In this document: positions 23,133-35,896 of the stretch, piece after piece
How positions within the stretch are numbered: the first letter of the stretch is position 1
Layout: the number at the start of each line of letters is the position of its first letter
DNA from: Mustelus asterias
Taxonomy: Eukaryota
DNA: 64,000 nt
Direction: 5' to 3'
NCBI RefSeq assembly: GCF_964213995.1
Contig: NC_135816.1
Coordinates: 61,380,001-61,444,000 of the forward strand
Translations under genes and position numbers: made by a program
Notes under the pieces: generated by a model
Databases searched by the model: none
The model's input: the letters and a program-made list of their open reading frames with translations, nothing else
What the model was told of the DNA's origin: nothing

Positions 23133-24274
23133 CTTTTGCTACCAAATAAACCTGTTGGACTTTAATCTGGTGTTGTGAGACTTCTTACAGCATTTATTGC
23201 CCATCCCTAGTTGCCCGAGAGCGGTTGAGAGTCAACCACATTTTAATATCAATATTGCCCATTAGTATCATTGTGAACATTTAGACCACTTTTCTGCCGT
23301 CTTCTCCGATGCTGGGGATCTGAAGCCCTCTAAGAGTATTTCCATGAATTTGTGATCCCTGCTTGCTGCATTCAGAGCCCTGACAGAAGAGCAGTACCTT
23401 GAAAATTAACCCCTTGTGGTTCAAGGAGGGCAGGAGCATGCAGTGGCAGATTCAATTATCACAAACTACACTTCTACGGAATATGGGAGAGTAATTAAAC
23501 TTGGGAGATGTATTGTCTCCAGTTATCAAATTCACTGCTCCGGTAAATGATGTTTCAAAAGTGCAAGTTCGTGATAAAATGCCAATCAGAACATCAAAGT
23601 TACGTCTAAAGTTTTCATTCATACATACATTCCTTCTTTCGTGCCCTCCTCCATGAAACTGTGGGCAAACACATAGAGAAGAATGTCTAAACACAAGAGT
23701 GGAATGCGCTACCTGGAAGTGTGGTGGAGGCAGGCTCAATTGAAGCATTCAAGAGAACATTAGATGATTACTTGAATAGAAAAAATTTGTGGGTGTGCAG
23801 GGAAAAGGCAGAAGAATGTCACTAAGCCGTAAGGCACATTTTGAAAGCCGGTGAAGACACGATGGGCCAAATGGGTCTCACTTTGAGCAGTAACAATTCT
23901 GTGATAAAGTAGTCTATTCACGAAAGTAAAACAAAAGCGCTGACACAAAGGGTGCTTCGAGTGATTTAAATGAGAACAGCTTTGATATTAATTCCCCAAA
24001 ACCATATACAACAATTTGCTAGCCTGATAATTGGCTATTTGATAAACACCACATGCCATTGATGTTAGGAAATGTCTATTACTGAGGATCGGATAGGTCT
24101 CTCTTTTTCTCTTATAACAATGAGCAACGCAAACTTATCCACTTTGGCAGGAGGAAGAACAAAGCAGTATACTATTTAAACAAAAAAAGATTGCAGAACT
24201 TTGTGGTACACAGGGATGGTATATGAATTGTTTTAAATTAGTATTCAAGTACTGCAAGTGAATAGGAAGACAAA

Positions 24275-25055
24275 TTTTGATTTGATTTATTGTCACGTGT
24301 ATTAGTATACAGTGAAAAGTATTGTTTTTTGTGCATTATACAGACAAAGCATACCATACATAGAGAAGGAGATAGTGCAGAATGTAGTGTTAGTCATAGC
24401 TAGGGTGTAGAGAAAGATCAACTTAATATAAAGGTAGAACATAGAACAGTACAGCACAGAACAGGCCCTTCGGCCCACGATGTTGTGCCGAGCTTTATCT
24501 GAAACCAAGATCAAGCTATCCCACTCCCTATCATCCTGGTGTGCTCCATGTGCCTATCCAATAACCGCTTAAATGTTCCTAAAGTGTCTGACTCCACTAT
24601 CACTGCAGGCAGTCCATTTCACACCCCAACCACTCGCTGCGTAAAGAACCTACCTAGATCCATTTAAGAGTCTGATGGGAGCAGGGAAGAAGCTGTTGTT
24701 GAGTCGGTTGGTACGTGATCTCAGACTTTTATATTATTTCCCGGGAGAAGGTGGAAGAGAATCTGTCTGGGGTGTGTGGGGTCCTTGATTATGCTGGCTG
24801 CTCTTCCGAGGCAGCGGGAAGTGTAGACAGAATCAGTGGATGGGAGGTTGGTTTGCGTGATGGACTGGGCTTTGTTCATGACCCTTTGTAGTTTCTTGTG
24901 GTCTTGGACAGAGCAGGAGCCATACTAAGCTGTGATACAACCAGAAAGAGTGGTTTCTTTGATGCATCTGTAAAAATTGGTGGGAGTTGTTGCGGACATG
25001 CCAAATTTTCTTTGCCTCCTGAGAAAGTAGAGGTGTTGGTGGGCTTTCTTAACTA
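24275..25055 (-). mobile_element. Rex1/Babar LINE 3' fragment interrupted by a CR1 3' end (~24437-24655)
   Basis: Reverse complement of the 10190-10767 element, including the (TCAAA)n tail. Nested AGAACATAGAACAG CR1 tail. Confidence 0.8.
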
Positions 25056-25429
25056 TTGGTGTCAATTGAAAGGAGAATTAAATATAAAAGTAGGGAAGCT
25101 TTACTGCAGCTTCCCTATCTGAAAAGTTTCATACCATTAGCATTCAACTGTGTTCATATCAATTGCACTTGAAAGTAATCATTTGCTTATCATTCAACTT
25201 CACCTGCACTCAAAATCAATCATTTCACTATCATTTAATACTATATAGCTTATCTGACATCAATGTAATCAATTGTCCCAAAGCATAGTGCTCAAACATT
25301 TATGATTAGTATAACTGCTAATTCAGATACCAAAAATGGTTATAGAATTTATTTTCCATATTTCAAAATTTCATTTGTTTCAGCCAAAATAAAAGTGAGC
25401 AAACTTAAGAAAATGCAGACCCTGTTTCA

Positions 25430-25750
25430 AAGAACAATACAGCACAGGAACAGGCCCTTCGGCCCTCCAAGCCCGCACCGCTCCTTGGTCCAAACTAGAC
25501 CATTCTTTTGTATCCCTCCATTCCCACTCCGTTCATATGGCTGTCTAGATAAGTCTTAAACATTCCCAGTGTGTCCGCCTCCACCACCTTGCCTGGCAGC
25601 GCATTCCAGGCCCCCACCACCCTCTGTGTAAAATATGTCCGTCTGATATCTGTGTTAAACCTCCCCCCCTTCACCTTGAACCTATGATCCCCTCGTGAAC
25701 GTCACCACCGACCTGGGGAACAGCTTCCCACCGTTCACCCTATCTATGCC
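25430..25750 (-). mobile_element. CR1 LINE 3' fragment
   Basis: AGAACAATACAGCACAGGAACAGGCCCTTCGG...CACCACCCTCTGTGTAAAA, a typical CR1 3' end. Confidence 0.85.
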
Positions 25751-26112
25751 TTAGGCATAGGCACGTTTATGCCTTTCTTTATAACATATAGCTCGTGCAG
25801 CATAATCCTACCCACTGCCGCCCCACCTACCCCTTCCCTCGCCTTGCTCACCCACCTCCAGATTTCAGCAGTTCTTTCCCATCAATCCCACCACCACTAG
25901 CCCCAAACCCACCGCCGCCCCTCCCTGAACAAATTTTTCCTCCTCCACCCCCTGCCAAGCAGTTTTTGCGCACTCACCCAGCAATTTTCTTCCAGGTTAG
26001 ATATTGAGGAAGTTGGAGGAAGGGAGAGAGAGACTGGAAGGGAGTTTGGGAGACATGGAGAGAGTTCTGGAGGCCCCAAGGCCTGGAGACTGGAGGGAGG
26101 GGAGGGTTTTGG

Positions 26113-26358
26113 GAGAGTTTTGAAGGAGGGTGGGGAGAGTTTGGAAGGAGGGTGGGGGAGAGTTTGGAAGGAGGGTGGGGGAGAGTTTGGAAGGAGGGTG
26201 GGGGAGAGTTTGGAAGGAGGGTGGGGGAGAGTTTGGAAGGAGGGTGGGGAAGAGTTTGGAAGGAGGGTGGGGAAGAGTTTGGAAGGAGGGTGGGGAGAGT
26301 TTGGAAGGAGGGTGGGGAGAGTTTGGAAGGAGGGTGGGGAGAGTTTGGAAGGAGGGAG
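26113..26358. repeat. Purine-rich minisatellite (GAGAGTTTGGAAGGAGGGTGGGG)n, about 10-11 copies
   Basis: Visible 22-23 bp unit within a longer G/A-rich tract (26000-26540). Confidence 0.9.
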
Positions 26359-26701
26359 AGGTTGGAGATGTTGGAAGGAGGGGAAGAAGCTGGAAAGAGG
26401 TTGGAGAGGCTGGCGGAAGAAGGGAGAGGCTGGCGGGGGGAGGGAAGAGTTTGAAGGGAGAAATTTTGGAAGCAGTGGAAAAACTGGAGGGAAGCGGGGA
26501 GAGGCTGGATGGATAATTTGGAGGCCGGAGGGGGGAGAGTATAGTTCTTTTCCATCGGATATCAGATTCAAGCTGTACGGCACCGCCTTCTGAATCGTAC
26601 AAACCTATCATATCCCTCGATACACAGACATCAACAATAAATCCAGAATCAGTATTTATCTGAGAGAAATATAAGTAATGGATAATATTGAACTGACTTA
26701 C

Positions 26702-27049
26702 CCTCCAAAACCAGCAGATTGAAATCCCCTTTCTGATCATTAAAAAGACCGGCAAACTCTACCCGGCAGCAATACCAGCCACCGTCTCCCTCGCCGAGAT
26801 TATCCACAGTGAGAGATACATCCCCTTCCTCTATTTTACCATCAAGGTGGTATTTTGTGGAGACTGTGTAAGTTACAGTTTTCCCATTTGTTTTAATCAG
26901 TGTTTGTGAACAGTCGAATGTAGAGCACCTTCCCCTGCCCCAGCACATTTCAGTTTCTCCATTCTGAGTGACAGAGTATGTGCAGGGCAGCGTGACTGAC
27001 TGTCCCAGGAATCCTCGCACTTCAGATCCTCTTACAGAGGGGACTGGAC
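26702..27049 (-). CDS. TIM/HAVCR-family gene, IgV-domain exon (exon 2)
   Basis: VRGFLGQSVTLPCTYS...MCWGRGRCSTFDCSQTLI...GDVSLTV...DGGWYCCRVEFAGLFNDQK has the six-Cys TIM pattern and the FG-loop FND. Acceptor TTTCAG, donor GTAAGT, 348 nt, phase 1-1. Orthologue (HAVCR1/HAVCR2/TIMD4) not assignable. Confidence 0.93.
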
Positions 27050-27679
27050 CTGAAACAATCCAGATAAAGACAGTAATAATTCAGTGTCCATTCAGAGAAT
27101 GAACAGACAGCACAATACAGAGAATACCGGTTAACAACCAGCTGTTTTGACGGGAACATAGTGACTCATAAATAAGAACCGGGGTCACGTATTCAGTAAT
27201 GGAGCCTCTTCCACTCAGTTAACAATATTTCATCAATCTCCCTATCCTTTGATATTATTCAGGAACAACAATCCATCGATTTCAATCTTGAGAATTTCAA
27301 TTGATCCAGGATCAGGAAGCTTTCTGCAGAAACTTTAGATTTCTACTGCCCTTTATAGGATAACATTCTTCCTGTGCTCACTCATAAAGGGGATGGCTCC
27401 AATTTAAGATTGTGGTCCTTGTTCTGAATTTCCTCTATATCTACCCCTATCGAAACCCTTGCTCACTTTAAAAACCTCGATTCCCTCCCGAGAATACGAA
27501 CACAGTTTATGCAATCAAACCCTCGTTACTTAACCCTTTAAACACCCCTTTTAGTGAATCTGTACTGGATCCCTTCACAGGCCAGTCCGTCACACACAAA
27601 CACTTTTTACATTGTGTTAGAATAACTGATATCGCGGTACCATGTAAGAAAAATCCTTTTTTTTAATTCTGAAACTTAC

Positions 27680-27728
27680 CTAATAAAACGAGTGCAGTCA
27701 AATGAGCGATAACCCCAGTAGCTAACAT
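27680..27728 (-). CDS. TIM/HAVCR-family gene, signal-peptide exon (exon 1)
   Basis: ATG at 27728, MLATGVIAHLTALVLL-G, donor GTAAGT. The 49-nt phase-1 exon splices in frame to the IgV exon. Confidence 0.85.
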
Positions 27729-27789
27729 GATGCGGGGCACGACAGGAACTATCTGAGTTACAGCTGCTGCAGAATCTTGTGGCTAGAGT

Positions 27790-27850
27790 TGAACTTCAGT
27801 TTCTAATGTTAGTACTGACGTGAATGGTAAGGGTTTCCTTTATACGTTCA
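27790..27850 (-). promoter_or_regulatory. Candidate core promoter of the TIM gene
   Basis: TATAAAGGAA (27844-27835) about 115 nt upstream of the ATG, with CRE-like TGACGTGA and IRF-like GAAACTGAA nearby. Motif match only. Confidence 0.35.
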
Positions 27851-28371
27851 CGGGCTGTGCTTTCAGTAAATTACACGCTCTTGAAATGAGGCACATTTTG
27901 ACCAAGAAAATATTTTCTGCATTGGCTTTGCCGCCAGTATCCAACTGGCGCAAAGTTTCTTCCAAGAGAAAGATTCATCTCTCTGATGTACATCCTTTAC
28001 TGTTTGCAAATTCAGAGGAAAAGTGGTCAGTTATGCTGAACTTGGGTTCCTGAGCTGGAAGTTGTATCTGCCAATGCTCTGCAATCCTGATCCCGCTGTA
28101 TTTTACATAGGTCCACGCATGATATCCATTACCAGTCTCTTGCAAAAAGGGAGTCATGTGATGAGTGCTTGGAAATTAGACTGTAACCTTTTTTAAAAGT
28201 CAACTTGAAGAATACAGCAACAAGCTGGGGTAAGTAGGAAAATGTTGGGCAGAGTCATCTGCCACTCATTGGTCTGGATGTCTCATGTGATTTTGTTGCA
28301 CTTCTGAAGAGTGCCTTCTAATTGAGAAGAAAAAGAAGACAGGGGCAAAAAAGTAGAGACAGTGAGAGCAT

Positions 28372-29030
28372 TAGAACATATGAAATAGGAGCAGAGTTCA
28401 CCATTCAGCTGCTCCAGCTTACTCCACCATTCAATATTATCATGGCTGATCTTCTGCCTCAATTCCACTGCCCACATTCATTGATTTACTGAGAAATGGA
28501 AAATCCATCACAGCCTTGAATACAATCAATGAGGGAGCACCCACAATCCTCTGAGGTGGAGAACTCCAATGATTCGCAACCCTCTCAGTGAGGACATTTC
28601 TCCCTGTCTCAGTCCTGGATGATTGACCCTTTATCCTAAGCCTGTTCTAGATTCCCCAACTAGGGAAAACAACCTCAGTATCTGTCTGACAATCTCCTTC
28701 AGAATCCTGTATGTTTCAATGAGATCACCTCCCATCTATTTAAATGCAAGAGAATATAGATCCAGTTTCTCAGTCTCTCAGCATAGGACAACACACTCAT
28801 CCCAGGAACCAATCTAGTGAACCTTCACTGTATTGCACCAAGGCAATTATATCCATCCTTATACGGCGAGAAAAACTGCAAACAGTAGTCTGGGTGTGGC
28901 CTCACCAAAGTCCTGTGCAACTGTTGGAAGACTCCAGTACCCTTGCAATAAAGACGAACATGCCACCTGCCTTCCTTATTGCTGTACCAGTCTGATACGC
29001 TTCTGTGCTTCGTGCACATGAACATTTACA
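28372..29030 (-). mobile_element. Old CR1 LINE 3' fragment
   Basis: QLHRTLVRPHPDYCLQFFSPY and a CR1-type tail. Confidence 0.75.
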
Positions 29031-29977
29031 GGTTTCGCATCTGTCAAAAAAAATTCTGCTTAACCTGTCCACATCTAGAGTGCCCATGCTTCTGATTCTA
29101 TACCAGATAGCCCGTTTTTAACAGATGCCTTTATGGCAGAATTCTTTTGCAGGGGTCACTAACAATGTAAATAGTTACTGCAAGATTATCCTTTCCTCAT
29201 GCTGACCACTCTGCTACAATGAAGCACCAGCAAAAGCCTGTGCTTGTTTTTTTCCTTGTTACTTGCACGATCATTATTGTTAGATATGCATGTTCTCATT
29301 TACTCTTACTGTCAGTTCTTGACTTTAGGAATTTATCAACGATAAATTACACAGACACTGAGCTTAAAGCTCAACCACAAACATTTTTATTAATGGGAAA
29401 AACAACACACTTAATTCCTAACACAAGAGCTTTTAACCTAGTGTAATGACACCGCACAACACTCAAAACAACAAGCTATTGATTAAAAACCTCCATGAAA
29501 AACCACATTTTTGCCTAAGCCTCAACTTAACCCGTCCCCCCACCACCCTCCCCCCCCCCCTCCCCCCAGGATTAGGATTTAGTTGCTACCCTTAAATTAT
29601 CTTTAAACCTCAGCCCAATATGCCTTGAATCTGGCTGATACTCACAGCTCCCCACACAGTTGGTCCTTCCATAGGAGTTGCAGACCATGAATCAGGGTGT
29701 TCATTCCTTGGTGGCTGCAGTGCAAGATGCAGCTTTCTTGCCCTTTTTAATTACAAAACTTTAGAAAAAGGATCAAAGCATATTCTGGAGACATCCTGTT
29801 TGGATGGTCAGTTCTTAGCATCTTTTGATCTATTTTAGCTTGGCTCTCGCCTTACTCTAGATAAACCATTCATCCTGATTTTGTTTCCACGACTGAAACA
29901 ATGGACCCAATTCAGATGTGATGTCTCTGGCTTACAAGTTAATATGTATGTGATAAAGTCCATTTCTCCTTGGCTTT

Positions 29978-30850
29978 TGTTAACGTTTGGTGGTCTAATG
30001 GCTATTGTCTGGGGCCAGCAGCTCTGATGGTCTCTGTGGTGATTGTTCCTTTGGGGATTTGGAAACCAATCAGGGACCAGGTGGGGAATTCACCCCAGTA
30101 AGCAGGGGTTTTATTCCAGAACCATCTCAGGAGCTGGCTGCAGTCACAAGGCTGTGAGCCTCTGTTTAGTCTTTATCTATAAATAAACATGCTGTCTTTC
30201 CCTTAACTGGTGAGCAAAAATTGTTACATTGGTGATGAGGGTAAAAGCTAGCCTCCAACTGTGAGTATACAATTTTTGTTGAAGTTGAATGAAGTTGAGA
30301 CAAAGAAGTGTTATTACAAAAATGTCCCTATTTTGATGGATAGATCCTTTAGATGCCTCCATGGAGGACTGGATGCAACATGTAGAGCATTTGGGCTATT
30401 ACTTTCAGGCCAACGAAATAGAGAAGATGGGAAGGAGAAAGGCAATCCTCCTGAAAGTGTGTGTTCACAGTCTCACATCCCCAAGCGCTCTTGACTTGCA
30501 TTCAGCGAGATCGTTGAATTGATAAAGTCATGTTTCCACCCAAAACTAATGGTCATATTGCAGAGATTGAAGTTTAATTTAAGTGGGAGAGCCCCAGGGA
30601 AACTAGTGTGACTTGTGACAACTCAGTTGAAGCAAATCTTGGAGGGTGGCGACTTCAAAAAACACTTTGAATGATATGCTGCAGAGAGGTTAATCTAGGG
30701 CGTGAATAATGAGGCTATTCAATAGAAATTACTAGCAGAGGCACATATACATTTTAAGTGGCCATTGGAAATGTTGCTGGTAATGTAGGGCACTGAAAAG
30801 GGTGCACTAGTGTTACAAAGCATGCAAAATGATGACGTTCACCAGTGGCA
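29978..30850 (+). mobile_element. Gypsy (Mag-like) LTR retrotransposon relic: LTR, PBS and gag
   Basis: TGTTAAC...AATAAA...GTTACA (29978-30228), PBS-like TGGTGATGAGG, and degraded gag EDWMQHVEHLGYYFQANEI. Confidence 0.65.
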
Positions 30851-30939
30851 GTCCAATTTCACAAAGGCACTTCAAATAAGCTCCAGACGTTTTACTTGCA
30901 TTTCCAAAGAGACTAACACCTTTAAATAAAAATATTTGT

Positions 30940-32730
30940 TAAAGCAATATGAACATGACTAGGAATGCTGGCACTTATTACCCATCTTTAACTGTTCTTG
31001 AGCATATAGTGGTGAGCCACCTTCTTGAACCACTGCAGACCATGTGGTACAGGAACACGAAATAGAGAAGATGGGAAAGAGAAAGGCAATCCTCCTGAAA
31101 GTGTGTGTTCACAGTTTCATATCCCCGAGCACTCTTGGCTTGCATTCAGCGAGATCGTTGAATTGGTAAAGTCATGTTTCCACTGTCGTGACTCTGCGAC
31201 AGTGAAGAAACAACGGTACATTTCCAAGTCAGGATGATGTGTGGCCTCGGAGAGGAACTTGCAGTTAGTAGTATTCCCATGTATCTGCTAGAGGTCATGA
31301 GTTGGAAGATGATGTTGAAATCAGTTTGACAATTTACTACAGTGATATTGTGCATAGTACACACTGCTGCCACTGTGCAGTAATGGTGAAAGGGGTAAAT
31401 ACTTAAACTGGTGGATTGGGTGTGGATCAAGTAAGCTGTTTTGTCCTAGATGGTGTCAAGCCTCTTGAGTGCTGTTGGAGCCGCATTCATCCGGACAATG
31501 AAGAGTATTCCATCACACTCCTGACTTATGCCTTGGAGATAGTGGACAGGCTTTGGGAAGTCAGGAGATAAGTTATTCAACTCAAAATTCCCAGTCTTTT
31601 GTTGGCATAATGTCACAGTATTTACATGGCTGGTCCATTTAAGTTTCTGGTCAATGATAACATTCAGGATGTTGATGGTAGGGGATTCAATGATGGTAAC
31701 ATTGAGTGTCAAGTTGGTAGATAGTTAGGTAATGGAGATGGTCATTATCTGGCACTTGAGTGGCATTAATGTTATGTTCCATTTATCAATCCAAGTCTGA
31801 ATGTTGTTCAGGTCTTGCTGAATATGGCCATGCAATATTTAGTATCAGAGGAGTTGCAATTGGTATTCAATACTGTTAAATTATCAGTGAGCATCGCCAT
31901 GTCTGACCAAAGTCATTGGTGAAGTAGCTGAAATTGGTTGGGCCTAGGACACCATTCTAAGGAACTCCTTAGTAGCAATGTCGTGGGACTGAGATGATTG
32001 GCTTCCAACAACCACAAACATCTTCCTTTGAGCTAGGTATGAGACTTTTCTCCCTAATTCCCATTGACCTGAATTTTCCTGGGTTGCTTAGTCCCATACA
32101 TGGTCAAATGCTAACTTTAATGTCAAGGATAATCACCCCCATCTGCCTCCAGAATTTAGCTCTTTTATCCATATTTGGACCAAGGTTGTAATGAGGCTTA
32201 GAACTGAGTGACCCTGGCAGAATCCAAATTGGGCATTGGTGAGCAAGTTATTTCTGAGTAAGTAGTGCTCAATAGCACCATCAATCACAACTTGATGAGG
32301 TGACAATTGGCCGGGATTTGTTTTGTCCTGCTTTTTGCTGACAGGACATACTCAGACAAATTTTCTATTGCTGATTAGATGCCAGTGTTGTCGCTGTACT
32401 GGAACAGCTCTGCTAGGGGTGTGGCTAATTCTGGAGCACATGTCTTCAGTGATACAGCTGTCATATTGCAAGAGCATTTGCTATATACAATGCCTTCAGC
32501 TATTTCTTGATATCACATGGAGTGAATAAAATTGGCTGGAGATTGGCATGTGTGATGGCGAGAACCTCGGGAAGAGATTGATGTACATTATCCACTCAAC
32601 ACTTCTGGCTGTAGGTGCTCTCACCTTGTCTTTTATACTGATGAGCTGCACTCAGCATTGAGGAATGGGATTTTTGGGAGCCATCTCTTCTGTTTCTTTT
32701 TTAGTTATTCACCACCATTTATGACTGGAT
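30940..32730 (-). mobile_element. Old CR1-group LINE relic
   Basis: ESPTINILNVIIDQKLKWTSHVN. Same family as 11900-13575. Confidence 0.65.
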
Positions 32731-34453
32731 GTTCTTAGGATCTCCTTAAAGACTGAAAACTTTTAAAAAGAGATTTGAATTCCTACTAGCCAACTTAAAG
32801 GATCACACAACAAGCTTTCAAGTTTTGAGACTTTTACTGCAACAAACTTAAAGCAATAGTAACTAAGCACTATTTCTGTAGGCAGCTTGTACTTAAACTA
32901 CAGAAGAGAACACTTCCCTTCTACTTTTAACACAACTTAAAATCCCAATCAAGGTTATAATTTACATTGCCCCTTATGTAGACATTTAATTATCCCAGAA
33001 CTATTCCAAAGTTATATCATAGCTCCCGAGGGTTTACCTTTGCTATTTTCTTTTCATAACTTTGTAGTTTTTAACCCCTGAGCTATCATCCATGGTGTGA
33101 GTTTTCCTGTTTCCAACCAGGCCCCCCCCCCCCCCCCCCCCCCCCCCCATCCCCTCTCTCTTACTTTCAGATACTGACAGACTGTCCTGTCTATCAAATT
33201 CAGGGAAATCTTTTAGGAGAACTTTATAATCCAATTTCACAGTGGCTTTCTCAGTGCCCTTTCCCCCTCAAAGCTCATCTCCATAGCAATGTGAATCACA
33301 TGGCCCTTGTATCCAGGTAAAAATGCTGAATAGCTATCCTTTAGACCTCAACTCTATTCTATTCTTGGAATGAAATAGCCAGTTCAAAGTATAATTGTTT
33401 GCAACCTGACATGCTTAACATCTCCTTGGGACTTGCACACAAACACAAACACAGATGCCTCTGCCATTGTGTGTTAGTGTGAACACTGTTCACCCACTTC
33501 CCAGTAAAACAAACTGGGCCCACTTTAATCTTTAATAACTAAGCCATTCAAGCCTACTATCAGCAGAATCCAGAACAGATCACACGACCACCTTCATTCC
33601 TCCATTTTACCCTAAATTAAAACATGGGCCCAAAACATAACAATCTTATTTGTAACAATGTAACAGCTCTCATTCACCCCCTACTGAATCTGGGTTGATC
33701 CCTGGCTTGATGGTAAGGGCAGAGTGAGGAATGTGCTGGGTCATGAGGTTACAGATTATGGTTGATTGCTACTCTGCTGATGCTGATGGTCAACTGTTCG
33801 TCACAGATCCCAGCAAGGGCTGCCAGTTCTGAATCTATTCCACTTAGTGCAGTGGGAGTGCCAAACAACATGATGTTGGGAATTCTCAATGTGAAGAAGG
33901 GTGTTCGTCACCATCAGGATGGTACAGTGGTCACACCTATCACTACTTTATGGACAGTTGAAGCTCCAACAGGTAAAGCGGTGAAGTCAAAGGCAAGCAG
34001 GTTATTTATTACCTGCTGTTTCTTTTCTCACCACTTGCTATGGGCCCAATCTGGTAAACATGACGTTCAGGACTCAGCCAACTTGTTCAGTAATGGTGCT
34101 GTCAAGCCACTTATGGTGATGACCATTGAAGTCCCCCACCTGGAGTAGATAGTGTGCTCTAGTTATCCTCAGTGTTTCTTTCAAGTGATGTTCAGCAAGG
34201 GCAAGCGCTGATTCATCAATTCAGGTGGAGACGTAAAGGTAAAGCCACCATAGTCCCAGATAACTATAGACTGCTCTGCTCATTGAGGGGGAGAGTTGAC
34301 TGGTAATGATTTTAACCTGAGGATCACCACAACTCAGATGAGGTGCAAAGTTGAGAATGCAGGCCTTCATGAAAACCTCAACTGATACGGGAATTGAACC
34401 TGCACAGTTGGCATCGCTCTGTATTGTGAACCAACTGTCCAGCCAACTAAGAA

Positions 34454-34793
34454 ATCATAGAAACCCTACAGTACAGAAAGAGGCCATTCGGCCCATCGAG
34501 TCTGCACCAACCACAATCCCACCCAGGCCCTACCCCCATATCCCTACATATTTTACCCACTAATCCCTCTAATCTACGCATCCCAGGACACTAAGGGGCA
34601 ATTTTAGCATAGCCAATCAACCTAACCCACACATCTTTGGACTGTGGGAGGAAACCGGAGCACCCGGAGGAAACCCACGCAGACATGAGGAGAATGTGCA
34701 AACTCCACACAGACAGTGACCCAAGCCGGGAATCGAACCCAGGTCCCAGGAGCTGTGAAGCAGCAGTGCTAACCACTGTGCTACCGTGCCGCC
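34454..34793 (-). mobile_element. Full-length young HE1-type SINE
   Basis: Minus strand GGGGCGGCACGGTAGCACAGTGGTTAGCA...GGTTCGATTCCC...GTACTGTAGGGTTTCTATGATTTCT. Confidence 0.92.
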
Positions 34794-35571
34794 CCGGTAC
34801 AAGCTGGGGAAGTAGGTGGTAATCAGCAAGAGGTTACCTTGCCCACCTTTGACCTGATGCCATGAAGTTTCATGGGGTCCATCCGAAATGTTGCCTCCAA
34901 TTATAAAACACTGTGGCCACCACCTCTGGTGCATCTGTCCTGTTGGTGGTAAGAACATGCTCAATGGTGTCTGCTACAATAGCAGTAATGTATGATATGG
35001 TGATTATGACTATGCAAGGTTGTTGCTTAGTTAGTCAGTGGGACAGTGAGGAGGACATTGCAGGGTTGAGTTGTCTAAATGTGCCTCTGTTATTTCCAGT
35101 GAATAAGTCAATGCCAGATGGTCCATCTAGTCTTCTTCATAATTGACTTTTCCTCAGCCGTTTGCTACACTTGAGTGTCTTGCTAGACCATTTGTACCAA
35201 TTGGACCCGATGTGCTGCAAGTACTCAAGCGCTTAAATGCTTTGGGAAACATTTTTTGCCTGTAAATTGGGATATGCAATTCATAGGCTACTACATTTTC
35301 TAACACTTACATTGCGCAAGATAATAAGCCGATAATAGCAACGACGTTGACAACTTCCTCTTGTAAACACCATTTCCTTTCAGATTCACCTACAACTCAG
35401 CAGAAAAATACATTCTGGTTGACTCACCAGCCTTTATTTGGAGGACACTCTAAAGCACTCAATTTTGAAGTATCAGTGCCAGTTAGTAAAATCGGGAATT
35501 ACTTCTCGAATCAGTGGTTTCAGAATATCTCCATTCTATTGTTGTGTTCTAATCACGAACGATTCATCATA

Positions 35572-35896
35572 GAACTATAGAATCCTTACAGTGCAGAAGG
35601 AGACCATTCAGCCCATTGAGGCTGCGCCAACTCTCTGAAGAGCATCTTTCCCAGGCCTGCCCATGCATTTACCATAGCTATTCCATCTAACTTGCACTTC
35701 TTGGGACACTAAGGGGCAATTTAGCAAGGCCAATCCACTTAACCTGCACATCATTGGACTGAGCACCCAGAGGAAACCCACATAGACAATGGGAGAACGT
35801 ACAACCTCCACACCAACAATCATCCAAGCCAGAATCAAACTCGGGTCCCTGGCGCTGTGAGGCAGCAATGCTAACCACTGTGCCATCGTGCCACCC
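35572..35896 (-). mobile_element. HE1-type SINE (older)
   Basis: tRNA-like head and CR1-type tail on the minus strand. Confidence 0.8.

Larger units (their letters stand above)
21390..23187 (-). mobile_element. Penelope-like element with a ~665-bp inverted 5' duplication
   Basis: Minus copy 21390-22520 and plus copy 22523-23187 of the GIY-YIG end and terminal repeat. 12-bp TSD CAGCATTTATTG (21378-21389, 23188-23199). Confidence 0.95.

Noticed and set aside
25897-26583. Pro/Ser-rich minus-strand ORFs as the TIM mucin stalk
   Set aside because: The repeat unit alternates between 22 and 23 bp (not triplet), is open in all frames, is poor in Thr, and has no convincing phase-1 splice sites.
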